Source: Candidatus Oxydemutator sp. (GTDB lineage: Bacteria; Pseudomonadota; Gammaproteobacteria; Poriferisulfidales; Oxydemutatoraceae). From it: a stretch of DNA of 64,000 bases. Made by a program: the position numbers and the translations under genes. Within the stretch, counting starts at the first letter, position 1. Each line of letters starts with the position of its first letter. Location of the stretch: NCBI GenBank assembly GCA_965203445.1, contig OZ241883.1:384001-448000 (forward strand), read 5' to 3'. Shown here one piece after another: positions 11,525 to 21,536 of the stretch. The notes under the pieces are model-generated. The model searched no databases, was not told the DNA's origin, and was given only the letters and a program-made list of their open reading frames with translations.

Positions 11525-12129
11525 TCCTGCACCATCTCCTCGGAGGAGAGCAGCATCGCATATACGCCGACCTTTCCGACAGCAATCTTTTAAGGCAATA
11601 CGGTTTTCTACAATCTGCCGTGGCCGCGGCGATAAACGTCAAACGGCCGCTGGTCTCAGCGACGCTTGTCAAAGCGTTGAATTATCACTCTATCGCGTGC
11701 CTGCATCCCAATGCCGGGGAATACCGCCCCTGTCCAGTGAAGGCGGGAGACTATGAACCGCCGGAGCATTTTCACGTGCCGGAGATGATGAACGACTTTA
11801 TCAACGTAGCCAACCGGAATTGGGATGCCTGTGACGCACCGTCTCTGGCCGCGTATTGTCTATGGCGCCTGAATTTCATCCATCCGTTTATTAACGGAAA
11901 CGGCAGAACGGCGCGCGCGCTTTGTTACTTTGTCGTCTGCGTCAAGTCTGGCGGTCTGATACAGGGCGAACCAATGCTGCCAACGTTGATTCGAGAAAGG
12001 CATGAAGAATATAGAGAATTACTAAGATCCACCGACAGAGAGGCCGAAAACGGAAATCCAGACTACTTGAATGGTTTGCGTGACTTTGTCGCCCGCTTGG
12101 TGGAACGGCAATTACGATCCGCGACCTGA
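11521..12129 (+). CDS. Fic-family protein (copy 2)
   Basis: HPFINGNGRTAR; about 9 aa differences from copy 1. Confidence 0.92.
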   Translation: MILHHLLGGEQHRIYADLSDSNLLRQYGFLQSAVAAAINVKRPLVSATLVKALNYHSIACLHPNAGEYRPCPVKAGDYEPPEHFHVPEMMNDFINVANRNWDACDAPSLAAYCLWRLNFIHPFINGNGRTARALCYFVVCVKSGGLIQGEPMLPTLIRERHEEYRELLRSTDREAENGNPDYLNGLRDFVARLVERQLRSAT

Positions 12130-12176
12130 AGGTTCGGCGGATGATGCCGGCGGCATAGTCCGCTTGCAGAATAAAT

Positions 12177-12245
12177 CCGGCGGACGTCGCCTGTCGGATG
12201 ATGGGCATGGTGCGGGGCGTGATCCGCTTTGGCACTGGACGGCGG
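12177..12245 (+). pseudogene. Degenerate ~70-bp relic of the mrcA transpeptidase region
   Basis: gacgtcgcctgtcggatgatgggcatggtgcggggcgtgatccgc aligns to mrcA 8605-8650 gacgtcgcctatcagatgacgagcatgatgcggggcgtgatccgc. Confidence 0.7.
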
Positions 12246-12279
12246 GAAAGGCTGAACAGGGGACCGGTTTGCGGTGCGC

Positions 12280-15075
12280 TCATGCGCGATCCGCATTCAG
12301 AAGAATATCTTTTACGTCCGACGGGCTTCTTGAAACATCTGCGCACCACTGACCGAAACGACCGTCCTCGTTGACGGCGCGCGTCCACTCCTCCAGGAAA
12401 CGGCGCTTGGTTTTGTCCTGCTCCGTTTCCCGTCCCTTGGTTTCCAGCACGAGAAACTTTCCCGATTTCATGCGCACGATAAAATCCGGCCAGTACTTTC
12501 TGACGATCCCGTTGTGGGTATAGAGAATCTCAAAACCGAGATGGTCGTTTTTCACCCATGCGTCCACCGCCGGGTTGCGATCCAGCTCAAAAGCCTCGGC
12601 GGCTTCCCAGGTGCCGTCGTATACGCAGAAGTTGACGTGCGAGCGTTGGCTGTATTCACAGGGTCTGCTTGTGTACCACGTTCTCATATCGCCGGTCGAA
12701 CGAATCGGTCTGTCGCGATCAAACACCAGCTCGGTCCCGGCCACGTTTTCAAAGCGGATCGCGTTCTGAAAATGCTGCACGACTTTGGTCGCGTTCAGCG
12801 CGATCATCAGCCGCCGGCGCAAGGCGTCGTCATGATACGCCCTCGGTTCGATCTGAATCCGGTTTGAGCGGATGAACTCGTCCGCCAGACCGATGATTTG
12901 CGCTATCAGAGTCTCCCTGCCGCCTTTCCATTCTCCCTGCATCTGCTCATAGACGGACTGCGACGCCTCGAAAACAAGCCGCTGCATCCGCAATGTGCCG
13001 GCCAGGTTCTCGATGTCCACCGTCTCGATCTTTGTGACGTCGGCCTTGCCCTCGACCGTCGGCGCCAATTCCGCCAGACGAGGAGTTTGCTCGGCCTTGA
13101 GCGTCAGCGGCGCCACTTTCGCCCAATCTACGGAAAGTCTGGGCGAGTATGAATAATCTATCCGCACCACGTTCGGCCAGGTGATCTCGAATTGCCGTTT
13201 GTCCGCCACCGGCTCTATCGCCGTCTTGGGGACGGGCGGCGGCGGCGGCAGATCATCGCTCTGCTCATGCGGCAGAAAAGTGAACGGCACCCCGAAGACA
13301 TTGACGTATTCCGGATCGAGCATGCCGTTCTCGTTGAGGTCGTAGGAAAGGCGGCGCAGGCCGCGTCCCACGACCTGCTCGCACAACAACTGGCTGGTGA
13401 ACGCGCGCAGCCCCATGATGTGCGTTACGGTCCTGGCGTCCCAGCCCTCGGACAACATACCGACGGAAATCACTTTCTGTATCCGCTCGCCCGGCTGTCC
13501 GGGTTTGCCGACGGTATCCACCTGCCGGCGCAAAAACTCCGCCGCTTTTTCCTTGGATGTGCGTTTGCGGCCCGTCACTTCGGTGCCGCCGGCGCCGGCG
13601 CCGTTTATGGGCGTCGTTTCTTCCATGGCCTCGGCGGCCGCCAGAACCTTCGAGTCGACGTGGAGAATCCGCTCCGGGACGCACAATGCGTCAATCTGTA
13701 TTTTCTTTTTCCGTAAGGCATGATTGATCCGAGCGGCCGTCTCGGTGCGGTTGGCCACCGTGATCATCACTGGCGGAGTCGGTGCTCCTTCCCGTGCCCA
13801 CAGCGCCTTCGTTTTTTGCCAATCGTGGCCGAGCAGGGTATAGGCGATTCTTACAATGTCCGGCAGCGGCGTCTCGGGCTTGGCGCCGCCGTTGAAGTCG
13901 TCCTTGACTTCGGGGTCGTTGTATATGTGGTAGAGGCGCGACTTGTAGGTCCTGGCATCCGGCAGGGCGTCGTCGCGCACGACCACGCGGGGGGTCTTGA
14001 CCAGTCCGGACTCGACGGCGTCGCTCAGGGAAAAATCGCTGACGATCCAGCCGAACAGGTCTTCCTCGGAACTCTGTTTGCCGGACGGCATGAAGGGCGT
14101 GGCCGAAAAATCGTAGCACGCCAGAATCCCGCGCGCCCGGTGTATCCGATCCAGGCCGCCCACCCAGACGGTGGCTTCCTCGACGCTGTCTTTTGCGCCT
14201 TTGTTTTTTGCCCCGGGAGGGACGCGCCAAGCGTGATGCGCCTCGTCGTTGATGACCAGAACGTTGCGCGCCCCCGCCACGTCTCCGAGCACGTCGCGCA
14301 CGTATGCCTCGTCGCTCATCACGCCGCGCTTGTCCACGCCTTTCTTTCTCCGAATCTTGTCCGCGGTTTCCCAATGGAGGGTATGCCAGTTGCAGATACG
14401 CACCTTGCCGCGACGCATTTTGTCCATCAGTTCCGACGGCACAACGTCGAACTCTTTGTAGTAGTTGTCCGCGTCGGCAGGATGGAGAACGGAAAGACGG
14501 TTTTTTACGGTCAGGCCGGGAGCGACGATAAAGATGTTTTTTGAAAAGCGCGCGTCCTGAGGCGCGGCCACCTTGTTCAGGATATGCCAGGCTATGGCCA
14601 TCGCCATGACGACGGTCTTGCCGGTGCCGGTGGCCATCTTTGCGCACAACCGCCGAAACTCGCCGCCGTCGGAAGGGACGTCAATTCCCACCTTGGCGTC
14701 GGCGGGCGCCTCGGCGAACCAGATCAGGGTTTCTATCGCCTCCAGCTGGCAGAAGAAAAACCGCGGCCCGCTGCGCTGCTCATCAGCGTTCCAGTGATCC
14801 AGCAGGCGTCTGGTGATGCCGCTGACGCCGGGATAGCCGGCCTGCCGCCACGCCTTGATGCGCTTGCGAACGTCGTCAACCAGCGGTATGGGGACGAATA
14901 CACCCGGATCGTCGGTGCCCTTGAAACGCGGCGTCGCCTTCAAATACCCGGCGGGACGCCGCCCTGCTTCCTGCGAGAAAGCCTTGGTCTCACGAGAGTG
15001 GAACCAATGCTCGCGCGGCTCCTCGTAGGGGGAGTTGAGGATGAGGGGGGATGGTTTTTCTACATTGCCGGACAT
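12280..15075 (-). CDS. Type III restriction endonuclease Res subunit (BPTD_3080-like)
   Basis: KMATGTGKT, INDEAHH and QVVGRGLR helicase motifs; C-terminal PDF...LETKG PD-(D/E)xK nuclease. Confidence 0.92.
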   Translation of the reverse strand: MSGNVEKPSPLILNSPYEEPREHWFHSRETKAFSQEAGRRPAGYLKATPRFKGTDDPGVFVPIPLVDDVRKRIKAWRQAGYPGVSGITRRLLDHWNADEQRSGPRFFFCQLEAIETLIWFAEAPADAKVGIDVPSDGGEFRRLCAKMATGTGKTVVMAMAIAWHILNKVAAPQDARFSKNIFIVAPGLTVKNRLSVLHPADADNYYKEFDVVPSELMDKMRRGKVRICNWHTLHWETADKIRRKKGVDKRGVMSDEAYVRDVLGDVAGARNVLVINDEAHHAWRVPPGAKNKGAKDSVEEATVWVGGLDRIHRARGILACYDFSATPFMPSGKQSSEEDLFGWIVSDFSLSDAVESGLVKTPRVVVRDDALPDARTYKSRLYHIYNDPEVKDDFNGGAKPETPLPDIVRIAYTLLGHDWQKTKALWAREGAPTPPVMITVANRTETAARINHALRKKKIQIDALCVPERILHVDSKVLAAAEAMEETTPINGAGAGGTEVTGRKRTSKEKAAEFLRRQVDTVGKPGQPGERIQKVISVGMLSEGWDARTVTHIMGLRAFTSQLLCEQVVGRGLRRLSYDLNENGMLDPEYVNVFGVPFTFLPHEQSDDLPPPPPVPKTAIEPVADKRQFEITWPNVVRIDYSYSPRLSVDWAKVAPLTLKAEQTPRLAELAPTVEGKADVTKIETVDIENLAGTLRMQRLVFEASQSVYEQMQGEWKGGRETLIAQIIGLADEFIRSNRIQIEPRAYHDDALRRRLMIALNATKVVQHFQNAIRFENVAGTELVFDRDRPIRSTGDMRTWYTSRPCEYSQRSHVNFCVYDGTWEAAEAFELDRNPAVDAWVKNDHLGFEILYTHNGIVRKYWPDFIVRMKSGKFLVLETKGRETEQDKTKRRFLEEWTRAVNEDGRFGQWCADVSRSPSDVKDILLNADRA

Positions 15076-15088
15076 GACGTTTCGAGTT

Positions 15089-15652
15089 TCAATTTATCAG
15101 CGTCTCAATGGCAAAGTTTGTGCCTATGAGAGTCTTGATTCTTATATTCCTATAACGCTCCGTCCCTGCCAGCCTCGTTTTGGCCCGGGTCGGTTGTTTG
15201 TCAAGATTTTTGCTGGTTTGCTTGGCTATCAGAACGTATTTTGTTGAGGGTACTTCTCGGTTGTTCCCACATTCAATCTCACAAACCGAGAAAAGATAAT
15301 CCCAGATAGGCAATGAACGCCGGAGTTGCTCTTTTCCCTCTTCTTTTCTGGTCTCATCCAGGGATGTCTTCAGTTCAACCAGTACGACGTGACATTGCGT
15401 TTGCAGCTGATACACAAGGAGATAGTCACAGCGTTTTGCGATTGACTGCTGTCCTTGCTTCAGATAAGCATCCCAGTGCCCTCTTTCTTGTAAGGGAATC
15501 GTTAAAACGGGATCAGTCACGCCTGTAACCGTAACTTCCATATCCGACTGCTCATCCTCCAGTAAAATTTGTCCTCCGCTATTTTCGTTTGCCACGTTTG
15601 TCAAACTGCTATTCAAAATCTTTTCCAGCTCCTCTACCTTCAGAAATTCCAT
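15089..15652 (-). CDS. Hypothetical protein, probable PD-(D/E)xK-fold nuclease
   Basis: KRCDYLL...VLVELKT motif; low GC; 3 bp downstream of the ABC ATPase. Confidence 0.6.
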   Translation of the reverse strand: MEFLKVEELEKILNSSLTNVANENSGGQILLEDEQSDMEVTVTGVTDPVLTIPLQERGHWDAYLKQGQQSIAKRCDYLLVYQLQTQCHVVLVELKTSLDETRKEEGKEQLRRSLPIWDYLFSVCEIECGNNREVPSTKYVLIAKQTSKNLDKQPTRAKTRLAGTERYRNIRIKTLIGTNFAIETLIN

Positions 15653-15655
15653 CCT

Positions 15656-17065
15656 CTACTCCTCACCCACCTCTTCACTGGTATCTTCCAACCGATAGGT
15701 AAGCTCATTGGACGCCTTGTTGATTGTATCAATAGTCTTGTCAAAAACCGGTATATCAACTCCAAACTTGTCAATGTCGCAAGGGGTCAAGCCGCCATTC
15801 TCAGCCACATAACAACGCAATGATTCGGGTGACAAGCAATCATCCTTACCGTATCTCAGTCTTTTGATAGCCTTTTCTTTCTCTTTGAAGGAGCTGTTCA
15901 ACATAATCAGGTTGTTGATCTCTTTGAGAATATAATCGCTGTGGGTGGTGATCAACACTTTGATTCCCTTACGGACAAAGTGGGCCAGCATACGCGCCAT
16001 CATAATCTGATTCCGAGTATCCAGATGGCTTTCCGGCTCGTCAATAATGAGTAGTTGATCTGACCTTGCCACGTGTCGCAGGTAAAAATAAAGATCCGAT
16101 AAGCCACGCGCCGAGGAAGAAGCGATGTGCAAAGGTATGTCGAAGGGATTCTTTTGGGCTTCGGATACAAAGCGAATGTCATTATCACTGCTTTTATAAC
16201 ACCCGCCCATAAGGTTTTTAATATCATCATGCAGCTTGCTGTCTTCCAGCTCACTTTTCCCCTTAACGATATTGGGTATATCGCGCGTGTAGTTAATATT
16301 ATCCCTGATGGGCAAAGCATAACGGCTCGCAGTTTCGTCTATCAGTGCGAATGGAGAAAAGCGATCACTGTCTTTTTCATCCCCCATTTTTTGCAGCCTT
16401 TCGACCAGAAGGTTTTTGGCAAGATCCAATTCTTTGTAGAACAAGGAGATGCCAAAACGCTCAGCGGAAAGAATGAATGGAAAAGGAAATTCGGCCAGCA
16501 AAAACCGCATATATGAATGTGCGAGAAGAAAGACCACATCGGATTCCTGAAAATTCCCGAGTCTTCTTATAGAAAAAGTTAGAACCTCCTCTTTGTACTC
16601 AGCAAAAACAGACATCTTATTTGAATACCTTACTTCATCCTTGTACGGGCCCTCTGGGAAATCACGGTCAAAATTGACACTGATCTTCGCATCTGCGAAG
16701 TCGCCAGCCGGTAAACTGAATACGTTGGCAATTTCTCTATCGGAAAATTGGCTTGATAATTTTGCAATCAATGCCTGCCGTTCCTTGTTGAGCCTCGCCC
16801 GGTTTACTTTGCACTTATACTGCCCATCCTCCATCAGCTTCCTGCCGACTTGTTCAATATCAATGCCTTTAGCCTCAGGGTTTCCCCCATTCCCTGCGAA
16901 ATATCTTTCAAAATCCGGCCAGCCGACCCATTCCTTTAAAAACCCATAAAGGGTGTACACCAGGTAAGTTTTACCAGTGTTATTGTGACCGGCAATTATT
17001 GTTAAATCCCCGAGCTCCAGCTCGGCTTCAGTTATCGGGCCAATATGCTCGAAACGAAATTTCAT
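15656..17065 (-). CDS. ABC-type (AAA_15/AAA_21-like) ATPase
   Basis: Walker A GHNNTGKT, Walker B/D-loop LLIIDEPESHL, H-loop TTHS. Confidence 0.88.
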   Translation of the reverse strand: MKFRFEHIGPITEAELELGDLTIIAGHNNTGKTYLVYTLYGFLKEWVGWPDFERYFAGNGGNPEAKGIDIEQVGRKLMEDGQYKCKVNRARLNKERQALIAKLSSQFSDREIANVFSLPAGDFADAKISVNFDRDFPEGPYKDEVRYSNKMSVFAEYKEEVLTFSIRRLGNFQESDVVFLLAHSYMRFLLAEFPFPFILSAERFGISLFYKELDLAKNLLVERLQKMGDEKDSDRFSPFALIDETASRYALPIRDNINYTRDIPNIVKGKSELEDSKLHDDIKNLMGGCYKSSDNDIRFVSEAQKNPFDIPLHIASSSARGLSDLYFYLRHVARSDQLLIIDEPESHLDTRNQIMMARMLAHFVRKGIKVLITTHSDYILKEINNLIMLNSSFKEKEKAIKRLRYGKDDCLSPESLRCYVAENGGLTPCDIDKFGVDIPVFDKTIDTINKASNELTYRLEDTSEEVGEE

Positions 17066-17140
17066 CCCTACACCTCCAAAACCCGCAACCTTTCAAGGCC
17101 GCGGTCGTCCACCGTTTTAACGGCCATGTGTTTGTGCTTG

Positions 17141-17215
17141 CGACCTGCCCCCTGAATCAGGGCCACAGCCATTGGAGAGAATGCCCATTGTATCAGGCCA
17201 CCCCCCACGAGAAAG
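17141..17215 (+). mobile_element. Isolated IS3-family terminal sequence
   Basis: cgacctgccccctgaatcagggccac resembles the IS ends at 9092 and 10757. Confidence 0.6.
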
Positions 17216-17218
17216 TCC

Positions 17219-17309
17219 TGGTCTCCACTGAACGACGCCAATGCGCACGCGGCTCCTCACAGGAGGAATTGAGGATGAGGTGGGTTATTTGCTCTGTATT
17301 GCCGGACAT
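17219..17309 (-). pseudogene. Relic of the 5' end of the res gene
   Basis: ATG TCC GGC AAT... matches the res start at 15075 (MSGN...LILNS..EEPR.HW); it ends at the IS3 end. Confidence 0.8.
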
Positions 17310-17394
17310 TCTGTTGGGTTTTCGGGCAAAAAAACATATTCAAAAAATGAAAATATTTATCGGCATATGTGAACGATCTCGTACGATATTCGGG

Positions 17395-20300
17395 TTAGCT
17401 ACGGGCTAGCTTGATAGCTTCCCTGAGCCTCCTCTCGATGCGCCTGCCCCTTCTGAAACCGAGGTCGCACCGCATTTCGGTCATCAACTGGTCCTCAGTC
17501 CGCAGCAGGCGGTCGGAGTTGATCCAGCGGGCGAGGGCCACCAGCTGGTCGGGGCGGTAGTTGGTGATGGCGTTGTAGCCAGCCGTTCCCTTGCAAGGCA
17601 CGCGCGGGCGCGGGCCGCGCGACGGCGCGGATGGCGGTTCGGCCACGGGCGGTGGTCCGGCCACGGGAGACGATTCGGTGGCGGGAGACGGCGCGTCGGC
17701 GTCCGCGACGGCCTTTCGCCATGCCGCCTCGGCCTTGTCCAGCTCAGCCTCGGGGTTGCGGAACCAAGCCGTCGACCAGATGCGGTGGAAGCGCCAACCC
17801 TTGTCTTCCAGCACTTGCTGGCGGAGGCGGTCGCGGTCGCGGGCCGTGGGGGTGGAGTGGTAGCTGGCGCCGTCGGCCTCGATGGCGAGCACCATGCGCC
17901 CGGGCTGGTCGGGATGGGCGCAGGCGAAATCTATGCGGTAGCCAGAGACTCCGTACTGGGCATTGACGGGGATACCGCGCCGCTCCAGCCCGTCCTTGAT
18001 GTCCAGCTCGAAGGGATTAAGCGGCTCGTCCACCACATCCGCGCCGAGGTTCTCGCCGCCGGAGGCCGCGAATTCGAGGTACTTCCGCAATAGCTCCACA
18101 CCCTTCGCGTCCGAACGCCCTGGCTCCATGTCGCGGTGGCTGAAGGAGGAGACAAGCGTGAGGTGGGAACGGGCGCGCGTGACGGCCACGTTCAACCGCC
18201 GCTCGCCACCCTCTCGATTAAGGGGGCCGAAGCTATAGGCCAGCCGCCCGTTCGCGTCCTTGTGATAGCCGACGCTGAGGATGATGGCGTCGCGCTCGTC
18301 GCCCTGCACGCGCTCGATGTTCTTCACGAAGAAGCGCTCCGCTTTCGTATCTGCGAAGAACTCATCCAGCGAAGGATCGTTCAGTTCGCCCAGGCGGTGC
18401 AGCAGGAAGTTCTCAATGTTGTTGGCATGAGGCAAGCCGAAGGCAATGACGCCCAGTGTCTCGCGCGGGCGCTCGCGGGCGTGCGCGATGACCAGATCAA
18501 CAACCTTCTCGATTTCGTCCGGGTGCGAGCGGGTACCGCGAGCACCGGGGAGCGGGCGGAAGGGGACGAGGCAGTGCTCGACGGGCGGATCGGCCAAGCT
18601 GCCGGGGAAGGTGGTCAGCCTGCCGCCGTAGATGTGGTTGTTGGAGAAAGCGATGAGACGAGCGTCGCGGCTGCGGTAGTGCCACTGGAGCATCGTGTCA
18701 CGCAGCAACGGCCCGGCGGCGTCGAGCAGGGACTCGATGTCGGCAGGGAGTGCCAGGGTGTCCTCCTCCTCGTCGCCGTCGTCCGTGGCGCCCCTGAAGA
18801 ACGGCGTGGGCGGCAGCTGGTGGCGGTCGCCCGCGATCACAGCCTGCGGCGCACGCGCGAGGCTGCCGATGGCCTTCGCCGGCCGAATCTGCGAAGCCTC
18901 GTCGAATACGACCACGTCGAACAGGTCGAGATCGGGGGGGATCATCTCGGTGGCGAGCACGGGCGACATCGTCCAACAGGGACGCAATGCGGAGAGCACG
19001 TGCGGGGCCCGCTTGAATAGCCGACGCACGCTCAGGTGGCCGCGCCGCTTGGCTGCCTCCCGCCGGATGATCTGCGTTTGATCGTGGTGTTCGTCCATCG
19101 CCTCCACGGTGGCCTCGGCGACGAGCCGCCGAATGCGCTGTGGCGTCAAAGAGAGATGCTTGCGGTCGATCTCAATGAACTTGTCACGGTGGTGGGAGTG
19201 AGCGGCGGAGTCGAAGGCAGAGAGGCGGCGGTCGGCGAACTCGAGGTCTTCGAGCACGCGCGACAGCCAGGCGTGCTCGACGGCGGCAGCGGCATGCTCC
19301 TGCGGGATGTCCTCGCCCACGCGCTCGAGGACGGTGGCGACCCCCGCCTCGCGGAACCCCGCCTCCAGTTTGCGGAGGCGAGGAAGGCTGGCGACCGCTG
19401 TCCTGCTGGAGTCGGACGCCAGCCTGTCCAACAGGGCGGCAAGGTCGTCAATGGTCCGCTCGTGAAGACCATTGTCCTTGATGATCGCACCCAGGGCGTT
19501 AAGCGCATGGACAAGCCTTTCGACGCGCTCTCGCGCGCCGTCCAGGCCAGCAGGCGTGCGCGGTTCACCGCCGTCCAAGCTCCGCCGCTGCCACTCGTCC
19601 AGTTGGTTCCCGGCGCTCCGGACCATATCGAGAGCATCGGTCGCAGAGAGCGTGGCCGGTTGCCGTGCTGTCTCCCGCAACGACCGCAGCGCCGAGCGGT
19701 ACTCTTTCGAGAAGCACCATGCCCATAGACGACCCGCGAAAGACCTGCCTGCCGGTGCCAATGTCGTGCCAAGCGCCGCATGGTCAAGGCGGTACACATC
19801 CTTGCCACGCGCGAGCATCCGCTCGACGTCCGACAGGAGCGTCAGCGCATCGCGCCACGCGGATACGGTGTCGGTGTCCGGCCGCGCGAGACCAACCTCG
19901 TCGAGTGCGATGAAGAGGGCATCGCGCGCGGTGGTGAGGTACGTGCCTGCCAGTTCGCGGACCAGTTCGAACGTCGCGCGCGCCTCGTCCGAAGTCGTGA
20001 TGGTAGTCCGGGACCATTCGGGGTGATTGGCAGCGAACGTGTGACCGTCGAGGCCAACCCATTCTCGTATCTCGCCTTCGAGCCGCCGGAACCCATCCTC
20101 ATCGAGGCCGCGAGCCGCGCTGGTGGACAGGCGCAGTTGCGTGCGCGCACCCCCGGGGATGGCGAGCAGGCGCTCTTCCACGTCGTAGAGGGACATCCCC
20201 CACGGATCGCGCCGGCAGTGGACAGCGTCGGCGTGGTCAAGCAGCGCATCGCGGTGGTTCCGCAGGTCGCCGTGCAATTCCGAGTAATCATGCGCGGGGA

Positions 20301-21450
20301 CGGTGGCAACGTGTCCGAGGGAGGCGGCGAGCGTGCGCGCGAACTCACGGCGGGAGGTGATGCCGCCGTGCATATCCATCACCAGATCGCCCAGCCCCAC
20401 GGCGTCGAGGCGCTTCGTGACAGCCTCGATAGCGGCGCGCTTCTCGGCTACGAAGAGAACGCGCTTGCCGCGGGCGATGAATGCTGCAATGAGGTTGGCA
20501 ATGGTCTGTGACTTGCCCGTGCCGGGCGGCCCCTGGATGACCAGCGACTCGCCGCCCAGTGCGCGATTGATGGCCATGTGCTGGCTGGAATCGGCATCGA
20601 GCACGAGAAACTCGTCCGCCAGCGGATCGGTATCCGGCTGGTCGGGCGCGGGATTGCAGATGCATCCCTTGAGCACCTCGTGCGCGTCCCGGTCACCCGC
20701 GATGGCGGCGATGAGGTCGTTCGCGGCAAACTGCTCGGCGTTCGCCTCCAGATCGCTCACCAGCGGCATGGTGGCGTAGGAGAACACGGCGGCGACGACG
20801 CGCCGTTCGATGGAGAATCGGGGGAGCGTAGCCCACAACTCTGCCAACTGGTGGAGCAGGGCCCAAAAGTCGTCGAGGTTCGTGGGCGACACCTCGGCCA
20901 CCGCCGCCTCGGAAGCCTCGATATTGATGCCATGCTCGCGCCGCAGGATGTGCGTAAGCACGGGGTTGAGGTGGGCGTCCCCGGAAACCATGATGGTGAA
21001 ATCGTGGCGGGCGGCGCCAGTGGCCTCGGCTTCCAGAGGCAGAAGGATGACGGGCGCGTTGGGGGCTGTCCCGTTATCAACCTCCCACTTCGCCAGTCCG
21101 ATGGCAGCGAAGAGCGTGGCGATGCCCCGCTCCTCGAGGTCTTCGCGGGCCTTGCGGTGGATGGCAGAAAAGCGGCGGCGGGCGTCGTCGAAGGCTCCGT
21201 TGTTGCCCTCGTGCGACGGGAAGAGCATCTTGAGCTTGACCTTGCTGCCCGCCAGCAGCTGGTTCAACTGCCGCGGATCGAGACCGTTGTCGTCGGCGCC
21301 GTTGTCGTCGGGTGGCGTGAGGTCGAGCGTGCTCTTCGGCAAGTCGTGGTAGTTGCGCAGGCGGTTGGGCCCCGTTGTATCCACGAGTTGCTGCTGCCAA
21401 CGCTTGGCAGCGGCGCGAACAACCTCGATTCGGTCGGCAGGTACAGGCAT
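17395..21450 (-). CDS. DUF4011 - SF1 (Upf1-like) helicase - Vsr/MTES_1575-like nuclease (Hhe-like defence protein)
   Basis: Helicase motifs QGPPGTGKSQTIAN, FDEASQ, GDRHQLPP, HYRS, VQGDERD and RLNVAVTRAR; C-terminal YRIDF...IEADGASYH...RDRLRQQVLEDKGW. Confidence 0.88.
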   Translation of the reverse strand: MPVPADRIEVVRAAAKRWQQQLVDTTGPNRLRNYHDLPKSTLDLTPPDDNGADDNGLDPRQLNQLLAGSKVKLKMLFPSHEGNNGAFDDARRRFSAIHRKAREDLEERGIATLFAAIGLAKWEVDNGTAPNAPVILLPLEAEATGAARHDFTIMVSGDAHLNPVLTHILRREHGINIEASEAAVAEVSPTNLDDFWALLHQLAELWATLPRFSIERRVVAAVFSYATMPLVSDLEANAEQFAANDLIAAIAGDRDAHEVLKGCICNPAPDQPDTDPLADEFLVLDADSSQHMAINRALGGESLVIQGPPGTGKSQTIANLIAAFIARGKRVLFVAEKRAAIEAVTKRLDAVGLGDLVMDMHGGITSRREFARTLAASLGHVATVPAHDYSELHGDLRNHRDALLDHADAVHCRRDPWGMSLYDVEERLLAIPGGARTQLRLSTSAARGLDEDGFRRLEGEIREWVGLDGHTFAANHPEWSRTTITTSDEARATFELVRELAGTYLTTARDALFIALDEVGLARPDTDTVSAWRDALTLLSDVERMLARGKDVYRLDHAALGTTLAPAGRSFAGRLWAWCFSKEYRSALRSLRETARQPATLSATDALDMVRSAGNQLDEWQRRSLDGGEPRTPAGLDGARERVERLVHALNALGAIIKDNGLHERTIDDLAALLDRLASDSSRTAVASLPRLRKLEAGFREAGVATVLERVGEDIPQEHAAAAVEHAWLSRVLEDLEFADRRLSAFDSAAHSHHRDKFIEIDRKHLSLTPQRIRRLVAEATVEAMDEHHDQTQIIRREAAKRRGHLSVRRLFKRAPHVLSALRPCWTMSPVLATEMIPPDLDLFDVVVFDEASQIRPAKAIGSLARAPQAVIAGDRHQLPPTPFFRGATDDGDEEEDTLALPADIESLLDAAGPLLRDTMLQWHYRSRDARLIAFSNNHIYGGRLTTFPGSLADPPVEHCLVPFRPLPGARGTRSHPDEIEKVVDLVIAHARERPRETLGVIAFGLPHANNIENFLLHRLGELNDPSLDEFFADTKAERFFVKNIERVQGDERDAIILSVGYHKDANGRLAYSFGPLNREGGERRLNVAVTRARSHLTLVSSFSHRDMEPGRSDAKGVELLRKYLEFAASGGENLGADVVDEPLNPFELDIKDGLERRGIPVNAQYGVSGYRIDFACAHPDQPGRMVLAIEADGASYHSTPTARDRDRLRQQVLEDKGWRFHRIWSTAWFRNPEAELDKAEAAWRKAVADADAPSPATESSPVAGPPPVAEPPSAPSRGPRPRVPCKGTAGYNAITNYRPDQLVALARWINSDRLLRTEDQLMTEMRCDLGFRRGRRIERRLREAIKLARS

Positions 21451-21536
21451 GATTATTACTGTCCACTAACTCCTTTTTCGATGCCACGCAATTTTAACAA
21501 AGCCCTCAAACTGCCTCAGAAAACAGGACTACTTCA

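Larger units (their letters stand above)
9092..12203 (+). repeat. Diverged tandem duplication (~1.66 kb offset) of the IS3 relic-antitoxin-Fic module
   Basis: 9092-10752 and 10757-12203 are near-identical; copy 2 lacks the ATPase relic at 10488-10715. Confidence 0.92.
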
